IMG/VR virus record: IMGVR_UViG_3300025699_000004
Direction: 5' to 3' (one strand)
Length of the DNA stretch: 64,000 bases
Origin: a virus
Shown piece after piece: positions 18,119-27,190 of this stretch; the stretch's first letter is position 1; each line of letters begins with the position of its first letter. Made by a program: the position numbers and the translations under genes. The notes beneath the pieces were generated by a model. The model saw only the letters and a list, made by a program, of their open reading frames with translations. It did no database searches and was not told the origin of the DNA.

Positions 18119-18211
18119 GATATTTTTTTCTATTTAGTTTATTTTTTGCTTGTTATTTAATATATAAAAAATGGCTTTTATTAAGGGAAAAGCCTAAAAC
18201 CTTTTAATCAA

Positions 18212-18433
18212 TTAAATGATTTGCCCGCCATTCTTATAAAAGTTTAATTCGAATTGATCCAAAACCTTTTGTTTGTTTCCTTTGTATCCGAATAACTTTT
18301 TAACTTGTGAGTAACAAGTCGGCGCTTTATTGGTTAATCTCATTCCGTTGCCTTTTGCTTCTAATCTTAATCCAATTAGAAGATGTTTCATTTTGTAGGC
18401 GTGGATGCTTTCTTTGGTGTCTAATATAATCAT
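18212..18433 (-). CDS. Hypothetical protein
   Basis: TCGACA-17-TACTCT-6-ATG. Confidence 0.7.
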   Translation of the reverse strand: MIILDTKESIHAYKMKHLLIGLRLEAKGNGMRLTNKAPTCYSQVKKLFGYKGNKQKVLDQFELNFYKNGGQII

Positions 18434-18585
18434 AAGTATAGAGTAGTCTATATAATTCTAAATGTCGAATCTTTTTTTAAGTTTTTTTCTATTGTATTTC
18501 TTTTTGTCTTTATGTGGGCGTGACTTAGTAAATAAAATCTTTAATCTTATCTTAATTACTTTATTCTTTTTCTTTTTCTTGCTCA

Positions 18586-18792
18586 TTAGAATTTGACTTG
18601 AATGCCTAACTCATTTTTTACCCATCTACGTACAGGATGAATTGCTCGCTCGCTAAAATGCATAAGATATTGAGTATTAGCTTTTGGATGTGTCAGAAAA
18701 GCGCCGTTCTTTGTTTCCCTCATTATTACGCCGTTCTTTCTTAATTGTTTAATGACTTTTTTCATTCCGTTGGATATATGTTTATTGTTCAT
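18586..18792 (-). CDS. Small basic protein, possible HicA/dsRBD-like fold
   Basis: KKVIKQLRKNG...GAFLTHP...LMH...VRRWVKNELG pattern; own leaderless promoter. Confidence 0.45.
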   Translation of the reverse strand: MNNKHISNGMKKVIKQLRKNGVIMRETKNGAFLTHPKANTQYLMHFSERAIHPVRRWVKNELGIQVKF

Positions 18793-18828
18793 AATATACT
18801 TTTCGCATAGTTTTCGCTTAATTGCAAA

Positions 18829-19092
18829 TCATTTTACAAATATTTGATTAATGTATTTTGTTGCTTGCTTATTGCTTCCAAGTGTTACCTTAGACTGAAG
18901 GCTGTTAGCAATCTTGTTTATCTTTGTTCTCGCTTCCTTTTTATCTTCGGCTTGTACTACAATTACATTATTCGTCATTACTGAATTGATAAATGTATTT
19001 GTATTTGTATTAAACAAAGGAAGTTTTGAATCATCATTACTGAAGATATGAACGTTGCCTGTGAAGGTTTTTTGCTTGTTACTCTTTATCAT
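18829..19092 (-). CDS. Hypothetical protein
   Basis: TTGCAA 30-35 nt upstream of ATG; VQAEDKKEA motif. Confidence 0.65.
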   Translation of the reverse strand: MIKSNKQKTFTGNVHIFSNDDSKLPLFNTNTNTFINSVMTNNVIVVQAEDKKEARTKINKIANSLQSKVTLGSNKQATKYINQIFVK

Positions 19093-19502
19093 TTCTACAT
19101 ATAACTATATAATTTAAACAATTGCAAATAAAAAATTAAAAAAAATTATTGGCATTAATATTGATATCGATAAACTAATTAAAACATTCATTTAATTAAT
19201 TTGGCATATTGTGACTTAGTAAAAAGGCTAAGAAAATAACTCCTATTAATATCATTATTCTTTTTCTAATTGAATTCTAATGTATGGCTCGGAATATTCA
19301 TCCACATCCATGTCGGCATAATTACAGTCTTTAAAGTCTCCAATATCATCCACACCGTTATTGTCGGCAAAAGTATTTACCTTAAAACTACATAAATCAT
19401 TACCATTATAATCTTCTATTACTATCTTCATATATTTCTTTCTATTTATTTTATTTTCGCTTATTTTTTGATCTATTTAAAACAATAGCAAAAGACTTGG
19501 CT

Positions 19503-20213
19503 CTAATGAGCCAAGTATGCTATAGGTTTTTTAAAGTCTTTGATAAAACAATTGTTGCAATTGTTTCCTGCGCAAGTGTGATCATCTTTGTTTGACGTTG
19601 CAGGACAAACGGAATGCCCGTCGGCAATAGCCTTTTTAGCGCAACTATAGACTGACGTTCCTGCATCTAATCCTGCTATACTTGGCGCTTTTTCATCTAT
19701 ATATAAAGCGCTTGGTTTAATTACAACGTTTGGCAAGCTTGCCAAATCTTTTAGCGCATCCATTTGGCTTTCTCTAATATACTCACGTGTTGGAAACCAA
19801 AATTTAATTTGAGGAAAATTTTCGCAAACTCTTTTCCATGCATTAATATACTTTACTGAGAATAAGTCTCCACTATCGTGAACACGAAAAAGACTTGTAT
19901 CGATATTCTTTAATTTTTTAGCAACTCCGTTTTTAAAGTACTTTTTTTCGATTTGCTTAGATATCTCGTTAACAAACGTGTCGCCATTGTCTTTTCTTAA
20001 TGAATCAATAACAAAATCAGCGCGCGCTTGCAAACTAGCTTTAACATTAGAAAAAGTATAAAAACCTTTACAAGCATAACAACTTGAACAAATTAATTTG
20101 TCGAGTTTTTCTTTTACTTTAAATAAAAGTTTCGCGGCAGGACAATACTTTAATGCAGGAATGTTAAAACCTACACAAGGCATTTTGGATGGGTTGGATA
20201 ATAAGTTAATCAT
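19503..20213 (-). CDS. GP88-like phage protein (Cys-rich)
   Basis: CPAA...CSSCYACKGFY, FRVHDSGDLF, FWFPTR, CPA...C..CNNC. Confidence 0.7.
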   Translation of the reverse strand: MINLLSNPSKMPCVGFNIPALKYCPAAKLLFKVKEKLDKLICSSCYACKGFYTFSNVKASLQARADFVIDSLRKDNGDTFVNEISKQIEKKYFKNGVAKKLKNIDTSLFRVHDSGDLFSVKYINAWKRVCENFPQIKFWFPTREYIRESQMDALKDLASLPNVVIKPSALYIDEKAPSIAGLDAGTSVYSCAKKAIADGHSVCPATSNKDDHTCAGNNCNNCFIKDFKKPIAYLAH

Positions 20214-20258
20214 ATAAATAGTATTCCATAGGTTTTTCTAGATTGCAAACTTTTTTTT

Positions 20259-20291
20259 AAAAAAAAATAGCCTAGGTTTTACCCTAGGCTA
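20259..20291 (-). terminator. Intrinsic terminator
   Basis: TAGCCTAGG-6-CCTAGGCTA then T-run. Confidence 0.75.
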
Positions 20292-20505
20292 AATTGATTT
20301 AATTAAACTATAACGCCCAACATCCACCAAGGTTTTGATTCACTTGGCTTCTTCCATTGAAACGTTCCATCTTTTAATCTATACAGAATAAATCCATTCT
20401 TCGTTGGCTGTTTAGATAGTTTTACTGCAATAATTTTCTTATTAATATTCATTTGATTATTTTCGTTTATTTATTTTCGCTTGTCAAATTTATTTTTTGA
20501 TTATT

Positions 20506-20535
20506 TAGGGTAAGGGGAGAAATCCCCTTACCCTA
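20506..20535. other. Perfect 13-bp inverted repeat with 4-nt loop and no U-tract
   Basis: TAGGGTAAGGGGA-GAAA-TCCCCTTACCCTA just after stop of 20541 ORF. Confidence 0.75.
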
Positions 20536-20540
20536 TCACA

Positions 20541-20759
20541 TTAACTATTACTATCCAAATAGTTTTGAATTGCCTTGGCATCTCTTACGAGAGCCTCCAT
20601 GCTTACCCAACTATACTTGCCATCTTCTTGATCCTTCTTTTCCTTCTCAATGATGATGTCGGCGTTCTTGACGATTTCGTCTAGGTAACGATTAAGTCCT
20701 TCTGCAAGGATAATGTTACCGAGTCCGAAGTGATTTCTTATATGTTCGATTTGATCCAT
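20541..20759 (-). CDS. Hypothetical protein
   Basis: TTGCAA-16-TAGTTT-6-ATG. Confidence 0.7.
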   Translation of the reverse strand: MDQIEHIRNHFGLGNIILAEGLNRYLDEIVKNADIIIEKEKKDQEDGKYSWVSMEALVRDAKAIQNYLDSNS

Positions 20760-20811
20760 ACCAATAAACTAACACGCCTTTGTTTGATTGCAAACTTTTT
20801 TTTAAAAAAAA

Positions 20812-21054
20812 TTAATCATACATTTGTCTAAGCATATCAACATCAACGCCGTCAATATGTCTTGGAACATGATTTGTATGGGCATCTTCAACTAATCCAT
20901 TAATTAAATCCCCTGCATTTTCTGCATCCATTGGCTCTAGTATATTTTTTGATTCAACTAGCATAATATCAAAACCTTCTTTAGTTATGATTATTTGCTC
21001 ATCATCACGAAGTTTGCCTTGAATATATTTGAGCGCGACGTGTAAATCTTTCAT
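20812..21054 (-). CDS. Hypothetical protein (start moved to MKDLH)
   Basis: ATGA overlap with an upstream 36-aa hydrophobic ORF. Confidence 0.6.
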   Translation of the reverse strand: MKDLHVALKYIQGKLRDDEQIIITKEGFDIMLVESKNILEPMDAENAGDLINGLVEDAHTNHVPRHIDGVDVDMLRQMYD

Positions 21055-21350
21055 TGATCTATTTGTTTTTGAAAATGCCATGCTACAATATACATAATAA
21101 TCCAAGGTAATACAATTAAAACGTCATCTATCTTATTTATAAAACTAATTATTTCGTTCATATTTATTTATTTAATTTATTTTAATATCCTAACCAATTT
21201 AATACATACTGAGCATTATATTCTTCTTTAACTCCATAGATTGAATAAAAATTATCTATATCATTAAAAGCATTATGCTCTTTAATTTCTTGTATTGCTC
21301 TTTGTTTAGATATAACTAAACCCTCTGCGCTATCGTAATAATCCATTTAA

Positions 21351-21662
21351 TTAATATGCTTGAATGATTATGCCTCCATTGGCTAATTCCAATACCATAG
21401 TTTGATCTCTTAAATAGTCAAGAGCATAGTCATCATCATCTTCATCTTCTTCTGCTTCATAACCATAGTCCTGCTTCCATTCTTCAAGACTAGCATACTC
21501 TGTATACTCGCAACAAACTGCAATAGGATCAAGCTCCATTTCGGGAGAAAGCTCCTCGAACATTTCAAATAAAGCCTTTCGACCTGCTACTGTGAAGTTA
21601 GTTGCTCTGTTTACGTCGTCAAAAGACTTAACGAAATCCCATTCTGTAATTGTTTGAATCAT
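21351..21662 (-). CDS. Acidic hypothetical protein
   Basis: ORF track. Confidence 0.75.
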   Translation of the reverse strand: MIQTITEWDFVKSFDDVNRATNFTVAGRKALFEMFEELSPEMELDPIAVCCEYTEYASLEEWKQDYGYEAEEDEDDDDYALDYLRDQTMVLELANGGIIIQAY

Positions 21663-21668
21663 AATAAT

Positions 21669-21884
21669 TTAATTAATTTTGAGTTGTTGGTAGTTGTATA
21701 ATATATATTCGCTCACATCTTCGATTTTGTCAAGAGCATCTTTGAGAATTCTTTCTGTATCGCTCTTGCGCATCATATTCTTTTGATTAAAATACTCTAA
21801 AGCTTTTAAATGCCCTTTGGCTTTAGATAAATCTAATAGTTTTTGATGCAATGGTTCTCTTTCTAATTCTTTAGTAACTTTCAT
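21669..21884 (-). CDS. Hypothetical protein (second ATG)
   Basis: TTGACG-17-TAAAGT-6-ATG at 21884. Confidence 0.7.
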   Translation of the reverse strand: MKVTKELEREPLHQKLLDLSKAKGHLKALEYFNQKNMMRKSDTERILKDALDKIEDVSEYILYNYQQLKIN

Positions 21885-21915
21885 AATCATACTTTAAAAC
21901 AGATTAGTTTAAACG

Positions 21916-22197
21916 TCAAACTTTTTCTTTCCTTAATTGTTTTGTTTCGGGCGGGTATACATGGCAGGGTTCATCTGCTCCATTCTGTTTAATATACCAA
22001 GCAGGTGGATCAAGGGGTTGGACAAGTAAACCAATATATCCATGCTCTACAAAGTATTTTAATACTTTTGACCTGCCGATATTATTCATTGGAACATCTA
22101 TTTCAGTTCCCACAGGTGGAATTGGTTTATCTGAAGACCATTGAAGTTCTTCAAACTCAGTATAAGACGATACGGGTTGTTTTACTAATTCGTGCAT
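21916..22197 (-). CDS. Hypothetical protein
   Basis: Leaderless promoter; TGA stop inside next -35. Confidence 0.75.
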   Translation of the reverse strand: MHELVKQPVSSYTEFEELQWSSDKPIPPVGTEIDVPMNNIGRSKVLKYFVEHGYIGLLVQPLDPPAWYIKQNGADEPCHVYPPETKQLRKEKV

Positions 22198-22210
22198 ATT
22201 TGGAAATTAT

Positions 22211-22242
22211 AATAGATTAATTTAAAAGTCAAATTTATTTTT
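22211..22242. repeat. 32-bp exact duplicate of promoter cassette (second copy 22509-22540)
   Basis: AATAGATTAATTTAAAAGTCAAATTTATTTTT twice. Confidence 0.9.
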
Positions 22243-22243
22243 A

Positions 22244-22495
22244 TTATTCTACGCCTAGAATTGTTTTTAATTGGCGATAATGTTCTGTTCTAATAAATAC
22301 TTCTCTAACATAGTCGTCAGATTCTGCTTCTACTTTTTCTATCCTGCTAGGAACAAATTGAGCGAAACACTCTTCTCTTTCTCTCATGCCCCATTTAATA
22401 ACTAACGGAGTATTAGGAAAGTATTTAATTAATTGTGGAAGTTGAACGGAGTCTACAAAACCCCAATTCTCGATAATATCTTTTATTAGTTGCAT
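22244..22495 (-). CDS. Hypothetical protein
   Basis: Leaderless promoter. Confidence 0.75.
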   Translation of the reverse strand: MQLIKDIIENWGFVDSVQLPQLIKYFPNTPLVIKWGMREREECFAQFVPSRIEKVEAESDDYVREVFIRTEHYRQLKTILGVE

Positions 22496-22786
22496 GATTT
22501 AAATTTAGAATAGATTAATTTAAAAGTCAAATTTATTTTTGTGTTTTTACCTCTTTCTCTCTCCCGAAGGTTGTAGGCGTGTGCTGACGCCTCGTTGTTC
22601 AATGCTTTCGCATCTACAGAAAGAGCAGTCCCATAGGAGACTCGAACTCCTTTCTTTATTCCCTCTACGATGATCAATCGTTTGCAGTCGTAACTAGTAT
22701 TCTGCTCGTGGAAATAATGCTTTACCGATTATAAGCTAATGGGACACATAAAATGTTAAAGAACTAAGAACAATTAATCACATTAT

Positions 22787-23023
22787 TTAATCTACGTCAA
22801 ATAATTTTTTATTTTTTTCTAAATATTCTTCTCTAGCTATTTTGCCAGTAGCTAAAGCTATTTCATAACCTAATCTATTTAATTCAATTTTGATCACTTT
22901 TATCTTTCCTTTGTGATCGGGGGAAGGATTTATTTTCTCCTTTTCTCTGATTAATTTAAATTCGTTATACCTGCTAATGAGATATTTCAATCTCTCCGTT
23001 GGTGTCATTGGTTTAATGTTCAT
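22787..23023 (-). CDS. Hypothetical basic protein
   Basis: ORF track. Confidence 0.6.
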   Translation of the reverse strand: MNIKPMTPTERLKYLISRYNEFKLIREKEKINPSPDHKGKIKVIKIELNRLGYEIALATGKIAREEYLEKNKKLFDVD

Positions 23024-23337
23024 ACCAATATAAAGGCAGGGACTTTTATTTTTTCCGCATTATTTTGAATTTTTCTTTATATTCTTTAATAACTAAATCG
23101 TTATTATTTAATCTTTTGTACATTGGCTTGTAGGTATCAAACGGAATGAATTCCTTTAATGTTCCCCAAGCTATTATTATTTCATTTAAGTTCATTAGCA
23201 ATTATTTACGCAATTATTATTTACCCCTGACCCACCCGATACTGACCTGTTATTTATATAATTATTATAACCAATTAAGAGTATCTATCTTATTTAAACT
23301 AAATTAATCAATTTGGGAACTTATTTATTACGGACAC

Positions 23338-23367
23338 AAAAAAACCTCCCCTATTTCTAGGGGAGGC
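23338..23367 (-). terminator. Intrinsic terminator downstream of second DUF932 gene
   Basis: CCTCCCCTA-GAAA-TAGGGGAGG then T-run. Confidence 0.85.
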
Positions 23368-23390
23368 ATCTTCTTTCTAATTAATTATTA

Positions 23391-24275
23391 TTAATTGAGT
23401 GCCATGCACTCGTCCCAAACTCTGTTCATCAAGGTTGCATCTGAACCAAGAGTGAGAGAAGTCAATCTATTCTCTGCGATACTTGAAGTTTCAGAAGAAC
23501 GATGAGCTTTGCCATGATTTTGATATTCAGTAATACCATTAACTAAATCCCAAGCAGTTTCGCCTCTGTTGCCCATACCCTTGCTAAAGCGACTGAAGAC
23601 CTCATCTCTGATGTTCTCCGCTCTTTTGGACTCTCCCTTGAACAAACGATTGATAACCTCCCTAGCATCAGTAGGAGTAACAGGAGTTTCTGCTAAAGAA
23701 TAAATAATCTGTTTAGTTTCTGCATAAGCAGATTTGATTTCTTCCATTTGAGTATCTACATACCCCTGCAACTTATCTTCCATCTGCGCAGAATGTTTTA
23801 CCTTAACTACCGATTGACTATCTCTAGCAACCATACCATTTGTGCAAACTAATCTCTCCAACATTTTGTTGATAGTATGCTGAAGTGAACCATCGAACGA
23901 AGTCCAAAAGTAAACCACTTCGTCCATAGTATCCCCTACTTTAGGGTCAATTTCTATTGCATTTTTCTTGCGAAGAGAAAGAAATAACCTGCGACCTCCC
24001 TTGGCAAAACCTGCGGTATCAAAGGTCATATCCAAACCTTCACGAAGTGAATCTACATAATTAAAAGCTTTTGCAGGTTGCATAAGCGGATAAGTTTTAT
24101 TCACGATAGCAACAGGATTATCATTACCATCGAAAACTCCACGATAAGTTGGGAATTCTGAAATCGGGCGAAGAGAGTAATCCTGCTCTGCTCCGATGGT
24201 TTTTAATACTTCTGATACTGAGTTACATTCTGATACGTTATTCATTTTGAATCCTTTTTTTGAGTTAATATTCAT
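23391..24275 (-). CDS. DUF932/DUF945-family protein (paralog 2)
   Basis: YPLMQP..AF, SFDGS...RLVCTNG, KVKHS, GETAWDLVNGITEY..H; TTGACA-17-TATAGT upstream. Confidence 0.8.
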   Translation of the reverse strand: MNINSKKGFKMNNVSECNSVSEVLKTIGAEQDYSLRPISEFPTYRGVFDGNDNPVAIVNKTYPLMQPAKAFNYVDSLREGLDMTFDTAGFAKGGRRLFLSLRKKNAIEIDPKVGDTMDEVVYFWTSFDGSLQHTINKMLERLVCTNGMVARDSQSVVKVKHSAQMEDKLQGYVDTQMEEIKSAYAETKQIIYSLAETPVTPTDAREVINRLFKGESKRAENIRDEVFSRFSKGMGNRGETAWDLVNGITEYQNHGKAHRSSETSSIAENRLTSLTLGSDATLMNRVWDECMALN

Positions 24276-24329
24276 AAGACTATAAACACTATACTAAATA
24301 GATTAATTAATGTCAAACTTTTTAATTAA

Positions 24330-24638
24330 TTAATTTATATCGGGATTTTGGTCAGATAGATAATCATTTAATACATCACCCCTTAACCGATCATTATCTT
24401 TTCTTAGTTCAAGCAAACTCCTAGACATTGCTCCCATAAATACCCCGCCTATTCCTAATAGTTTTGCATGAAGTGAATCGTCTTCAACTTGATCGATTAA
24501 ATCTAATACCTTGGTCATAGTGGTTCTTAAAAAGAAATCTACTTGCTCTACATCTTGTGAAAGCATTTTTTTTGCATTCTCATCTATAACAAGATTCCAC
24601 TCATCATCAAGATAATCTTCGGGTTTATTTAATTTCAT
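24330..24638 (-). CDS. Hypothetical protein
   Basis: ORF track. Confidence 0.7.
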   Translation of the reverse strand: MKLNKPEDYLDDEWNLVIDENAKKMLSQDVEQVDFFLRTTMTKVLDLIDQVEDDSLHAKLLGIGGVFMGAMSRSLLELRKDNDRLRGDVLNDYLSDQNPDIN

Positions 24639-24915
24639 TTATTTTATTTCCTAAATTTTCTAATATTTTTTGATATATTTCATCTATTCTTTCCGCGCCC
24701 TTCATTCCTTTTATTTTATCTAAACCCTTTTTTCTTTCAAGATAATCATCTAGTATTTGATTTATTTTGCCCGATTTAGTTACAGGTATATATTCTTCCT
24801 CTTCTATTTCTTCGGATTCTTCCTTCGGAGGCATTCCCCAGGCTGAAAAGTTTTCTTCGTGATAATTATCCATATTATTTAAGAGATGATTGTATTTGTT
24901 CTGATAATTCGTCAA
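24625..24915 (-). CDS. Hypothetical protein
   Basis: ORF track. Confidence 0.55.
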   Translation of the reverse strand: MTNYQNKYNHLLNNMDNYHEENFSAWGMPPKEESEEIEEEEYIPVTKSGKINQILDDYLERKKGLDKIKGMKGAERIDEIYQKILENLGNKINEIK

Positions 24916-25150
24916 TGTCTTCGCAATCCTCTGTATGAAAGGTATTTACGACATTATCCATATAATTTATTTCTTCCTGCATATCTTTAATTGAATAATC
25001 TATTACTTGATCTGCTTCATCATAACTAGATTCTTCTTCTACTGCATTTGAATTATTTAAATAAAATTCTACATAATCCATATCGGCAGGTGTTTTGCCG
25101 AAACGATTAACCCAATATGCCATTGCCTTGATTGATAAGATATTGTTCAT
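24875..25150 (-). CDS. Acidic hypothetical protein
   Basis: ORF track. Confidence 0.6.
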   Translation of the reverse strand: MNNILSIKAMAYWVNRFGKTPADMDYVEFYLNNSNAVEEESSYDEADQVIDYSIKDMQEEINYMDNVVNTFHTEDCEDIDELSEQIQSSLK

Positions 25151-25225
25151 AATTTTTCTCCTATTGTGATTGATAATAATAATACTAAAGCTAACATAAA
25201 TAATAATTCCATGATTGTCAAATTA

Positions 25226-25600
25226 TTAATTATAAAAAAGTTTTCCATTAATCGCTTTAACGAAATGAGCTTTATAAACTGAGCTACCATCCCCCTTATC
25301 ATAAAAACTATTTCTAGCATAAGGATTGTAAGATGCTTGTCTAATTAAATTAAGAGGGGTGTCCCATATATACCCCCTTACAAAGGCATGAACATTCTTT
25401 CTTTTCTCTTTAATTACTTTTAGTCTGTTCTTCTCATTAACTAGAAAAGAGCAATCATATAAATTAATTTCATCTGAATGTGCTTTAACTAATCCATTTT
25501 GTTTAACAGACCAACAACCTTTATGTAAGTTTCTATATACTTTAACAGGTTTAGAATAGTCTATGTAGTATCTTTTATCTGTTTGATTTAATAATTTCAT
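25226..25600 (-). CDS. Conserved-looking phage hypothetical protein
   Basis: VKVYRNLHKGCWSVK...KRKNVHAFVRG; leaderless promoter. Confidence 0.8.
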   Translation of the reverse strand: MKLLNQTDKRYYIDYSKPVKVYRNLHKGCWSVKQNGLVKAHSDEINLYDCSFLVNEKNRLKVIKEKRKNVHAFVRGYIWDTPLNLIRQASYNPYARNSFYDKGDGSSVYKAHFVKAINGKLFYN

Positions 25601-25642
25601 GTAATCAATATCACATAAGAATTACACCTTGTCAAATAAAAT

Positions 25643-25707
25643 AAAAAAACCTCCCCTCTCTGATTAACAACTAAGGTAATAAAGCTTAGTCTCAGAGAGA
25701 GAAGGAG
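25643..25707 (-). terminator. Long hairpin terminator closing the ncRNA unit
   Basis: CTCCTTCTCTCTCTGA...TCAGAGAGGGGAGG then T7. Confidence 0.7.
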
Positions 25708-25736
25708 AACGATGAGCTACGAACTCAAAATTAAAT

Positions 25737-26045
25737 TGGTGTGGGGGAGGACTACTGTATACCTCCGACTTTTCGGCATGAACATCAGTTCATAGAGTTC
25801 CTACTTTGTACTACAAATTAGACGTGGTATTAGTCTTTCGCTCATCCGATTGGACTCTGCGTCCCCACCACAGGGAATTTGCATACCTTAGCCCGCTCAT
25901 GACAGGCTTGCTCAGTCACCCACAGGAGAAGCATATCTACTTCTCCAAAGTGTCGGGGGGTAGAGTTTATTTGTTCACCTCGGCAAACAAAAGGATATAA
26001 CCAAAACCTTGCTCTACCGCAGGAATTTATCCTGCGTAACTCCCC
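25737..26045 (-). ncRNA. Candidate ~310-nt structured non-coding RNA of unknown class
   Basis: GC-rich, multiple perfect hairpins, complementary 5'/3' ends, own promoter and terminator, no credible ORF. Confidence 0.6.
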
Positions 26046-26113
26046 TTTATGAAAATGTTAAAGATCAAGTCTTATTTGATTTAATTGAGTTCGACTTTCT
26101 CAATGATTTATAT

Positions 26114-26142
26114 AGTATACTCTATTATTTGGAATAAGTCAA
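26114..26142 (-). promoter_or_regulatory. sigma70-type promoter of ncRNA unit
   Basis: TTGACT-17-TATACT. Confidence 0.8.
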
Positions 26143-26393
26143 GAAGTTTTTCTACTTATTTCTATTTTTTATTTTTATTTTATATTTTATTTGTGCTAAG
26201 TCTTTTCTTATCTGTTTAGTTATTTCGATTGTTTCTTCTTCCAATCCTCTAACTAATTTAATTAATGCTCCGTGTTTACTCATGTTATTACAATATAGAT
26301 CAGTATTTAGAATAAGTCAAAGAGTTTATTATTTATTATTATTATTTATAATTTTTTAAAACTTTTTAAAAATCGGCGTTATCTGATTAGAAT

Positions 26394-26567
26394 CTACAAG
26401 AATTTGTGCAATATATTTAATTGATTTAATCCTACATATTTAGCGAAGTAAGAACAGAATTCTGCGATCCTGTGCATTTCCCATCCTTCTTTCCTCATTA
26501 CATCTCCTACTTGAGTATAATCTCCTTTATTCCACATCTCTGTTAATTCGATATATTCTGTTTTCAT
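26394..26567 (-). CDS. Hypothetical protein (57 aa, below track cutoff)
   Basis: Manual translation MKTEYIELTEMWNKGDY... Confidence 0.55.
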   Translation of the reverse strand: MKTEYIELTEMWNKGDYTQVGDVMRKEGWEMHRIAEFCSYFAKYVGLNQLNILHKFL

Positions 26568-26637
26568 TATTTGTTTATTTATTTATTATTTAATTTATTA
26601 TTATTTATTATTTAATTTATTATTTATTCAATTTAAA

Positions 26638-26714
26638 TGGTGGGTTCTGTGAGGCTCGAACTCACGACCTGCCGATTATGAGTCGGATGCTCTAACCAAC
26701 TGAGCTAAGAACCC
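26638..26714 (-). tRNA. trnI: tRNA with CAU anticodon, probably Ile2 (lysidine) rather than Met
   Basis: Cloverleaf GGGTTCT...AGAACCC-ACCA; CCGACTCATAATCGG arm resembles bacterial Ile2 tRNAs. Confidence 0.85.
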
Positions 26715-27037
26715 ATTCTATATTCTTCTGTTTCTATATATTCTTCTATTGTTAAATTTAATTTATCTACTCTATTTTCAAACTCATCAAAAAAGAATAT
26801 TAATAAACTGCTTATTTTATTTTCTATTTTTTCTTTTTCCGCTTTATTTAATTTATTATTTAATTCTTTCTTACATTTTACTATCTGATCGACTAATCCT
26901 TCTATGAACTTTATTTCTTCTTCTATTTTCTGATTAATTAATTTATTATTATATTGTTTATTAAATAATTCTTTTGTTTTATTTAATTCTTTTATTAAAA
27001 ATATACTTTCTTGCTTGAGTTCGTCTTCGATCTCCAT
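26705..27037 (-). CDS. Low-complexity coiled-coil hypothetical protein
   Basis: Last 10 nt overlap tRNA 5' end. Confidence 0.45.
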   Translation of the reverse strand: MEIEDELKQESIFLIKELNKTKELFNKQYNNKLINQKIEEEIKFIEGLVDQIVKCKKELNNKLNKAEKEKIENKISSLLIFFFDEFENRVDKLNLTIEEYIETEEYRMGS

Positions 27038-27046
27038 TTTTTTTTC

Positions 27047-27075
27047 TTGACTTTATTAAAATAGTGCGATATAAT
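27047..27075 (+). promoter_or_regulatory. Near-consensus sigma70 promoter facing against the early region
   Basis: TTGACT-17-TATAAT on + strand. Confidence 0.6.
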
Positions 27076-27190
27076 TAATTATTTTATATATTTAAATTCG
27101 CCACACCACTCTCAAACAAATAATAATATAGTAATAAAGTTCTGAATAGTAACAATCTCTGTATAAAACATTATATATTCTCTCTCTATC

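Noticed and set aside
25745-25860. Hammerhead, group I (GACUA/UAGUC P7-like) or group II D5-like motif inside the RNA
   Set aside because: CGGAUGA-GC-GAAA leaves no room for a stem II loop and has U4->G. P3/P4/P6 could not be placed for group I, and the D5 upper helix does not pair. Left to Infernal.
25737-26045. tmRNA or RNase P RNA
   Set aside because: Starts GGGG and ends ACCA, but has no T-arm TTCRA, no G3-U70 acceptor stem, no tag ending in Ala-Ala, and no ordered RNase P CR-I/CR-V signatures.
26570-26635. ATTTATT micro-repeats downstream of the CAU tRNA as a functional array
   Set aside because: Low-complexity AT sequence with irregular period; not distinguishable from background.
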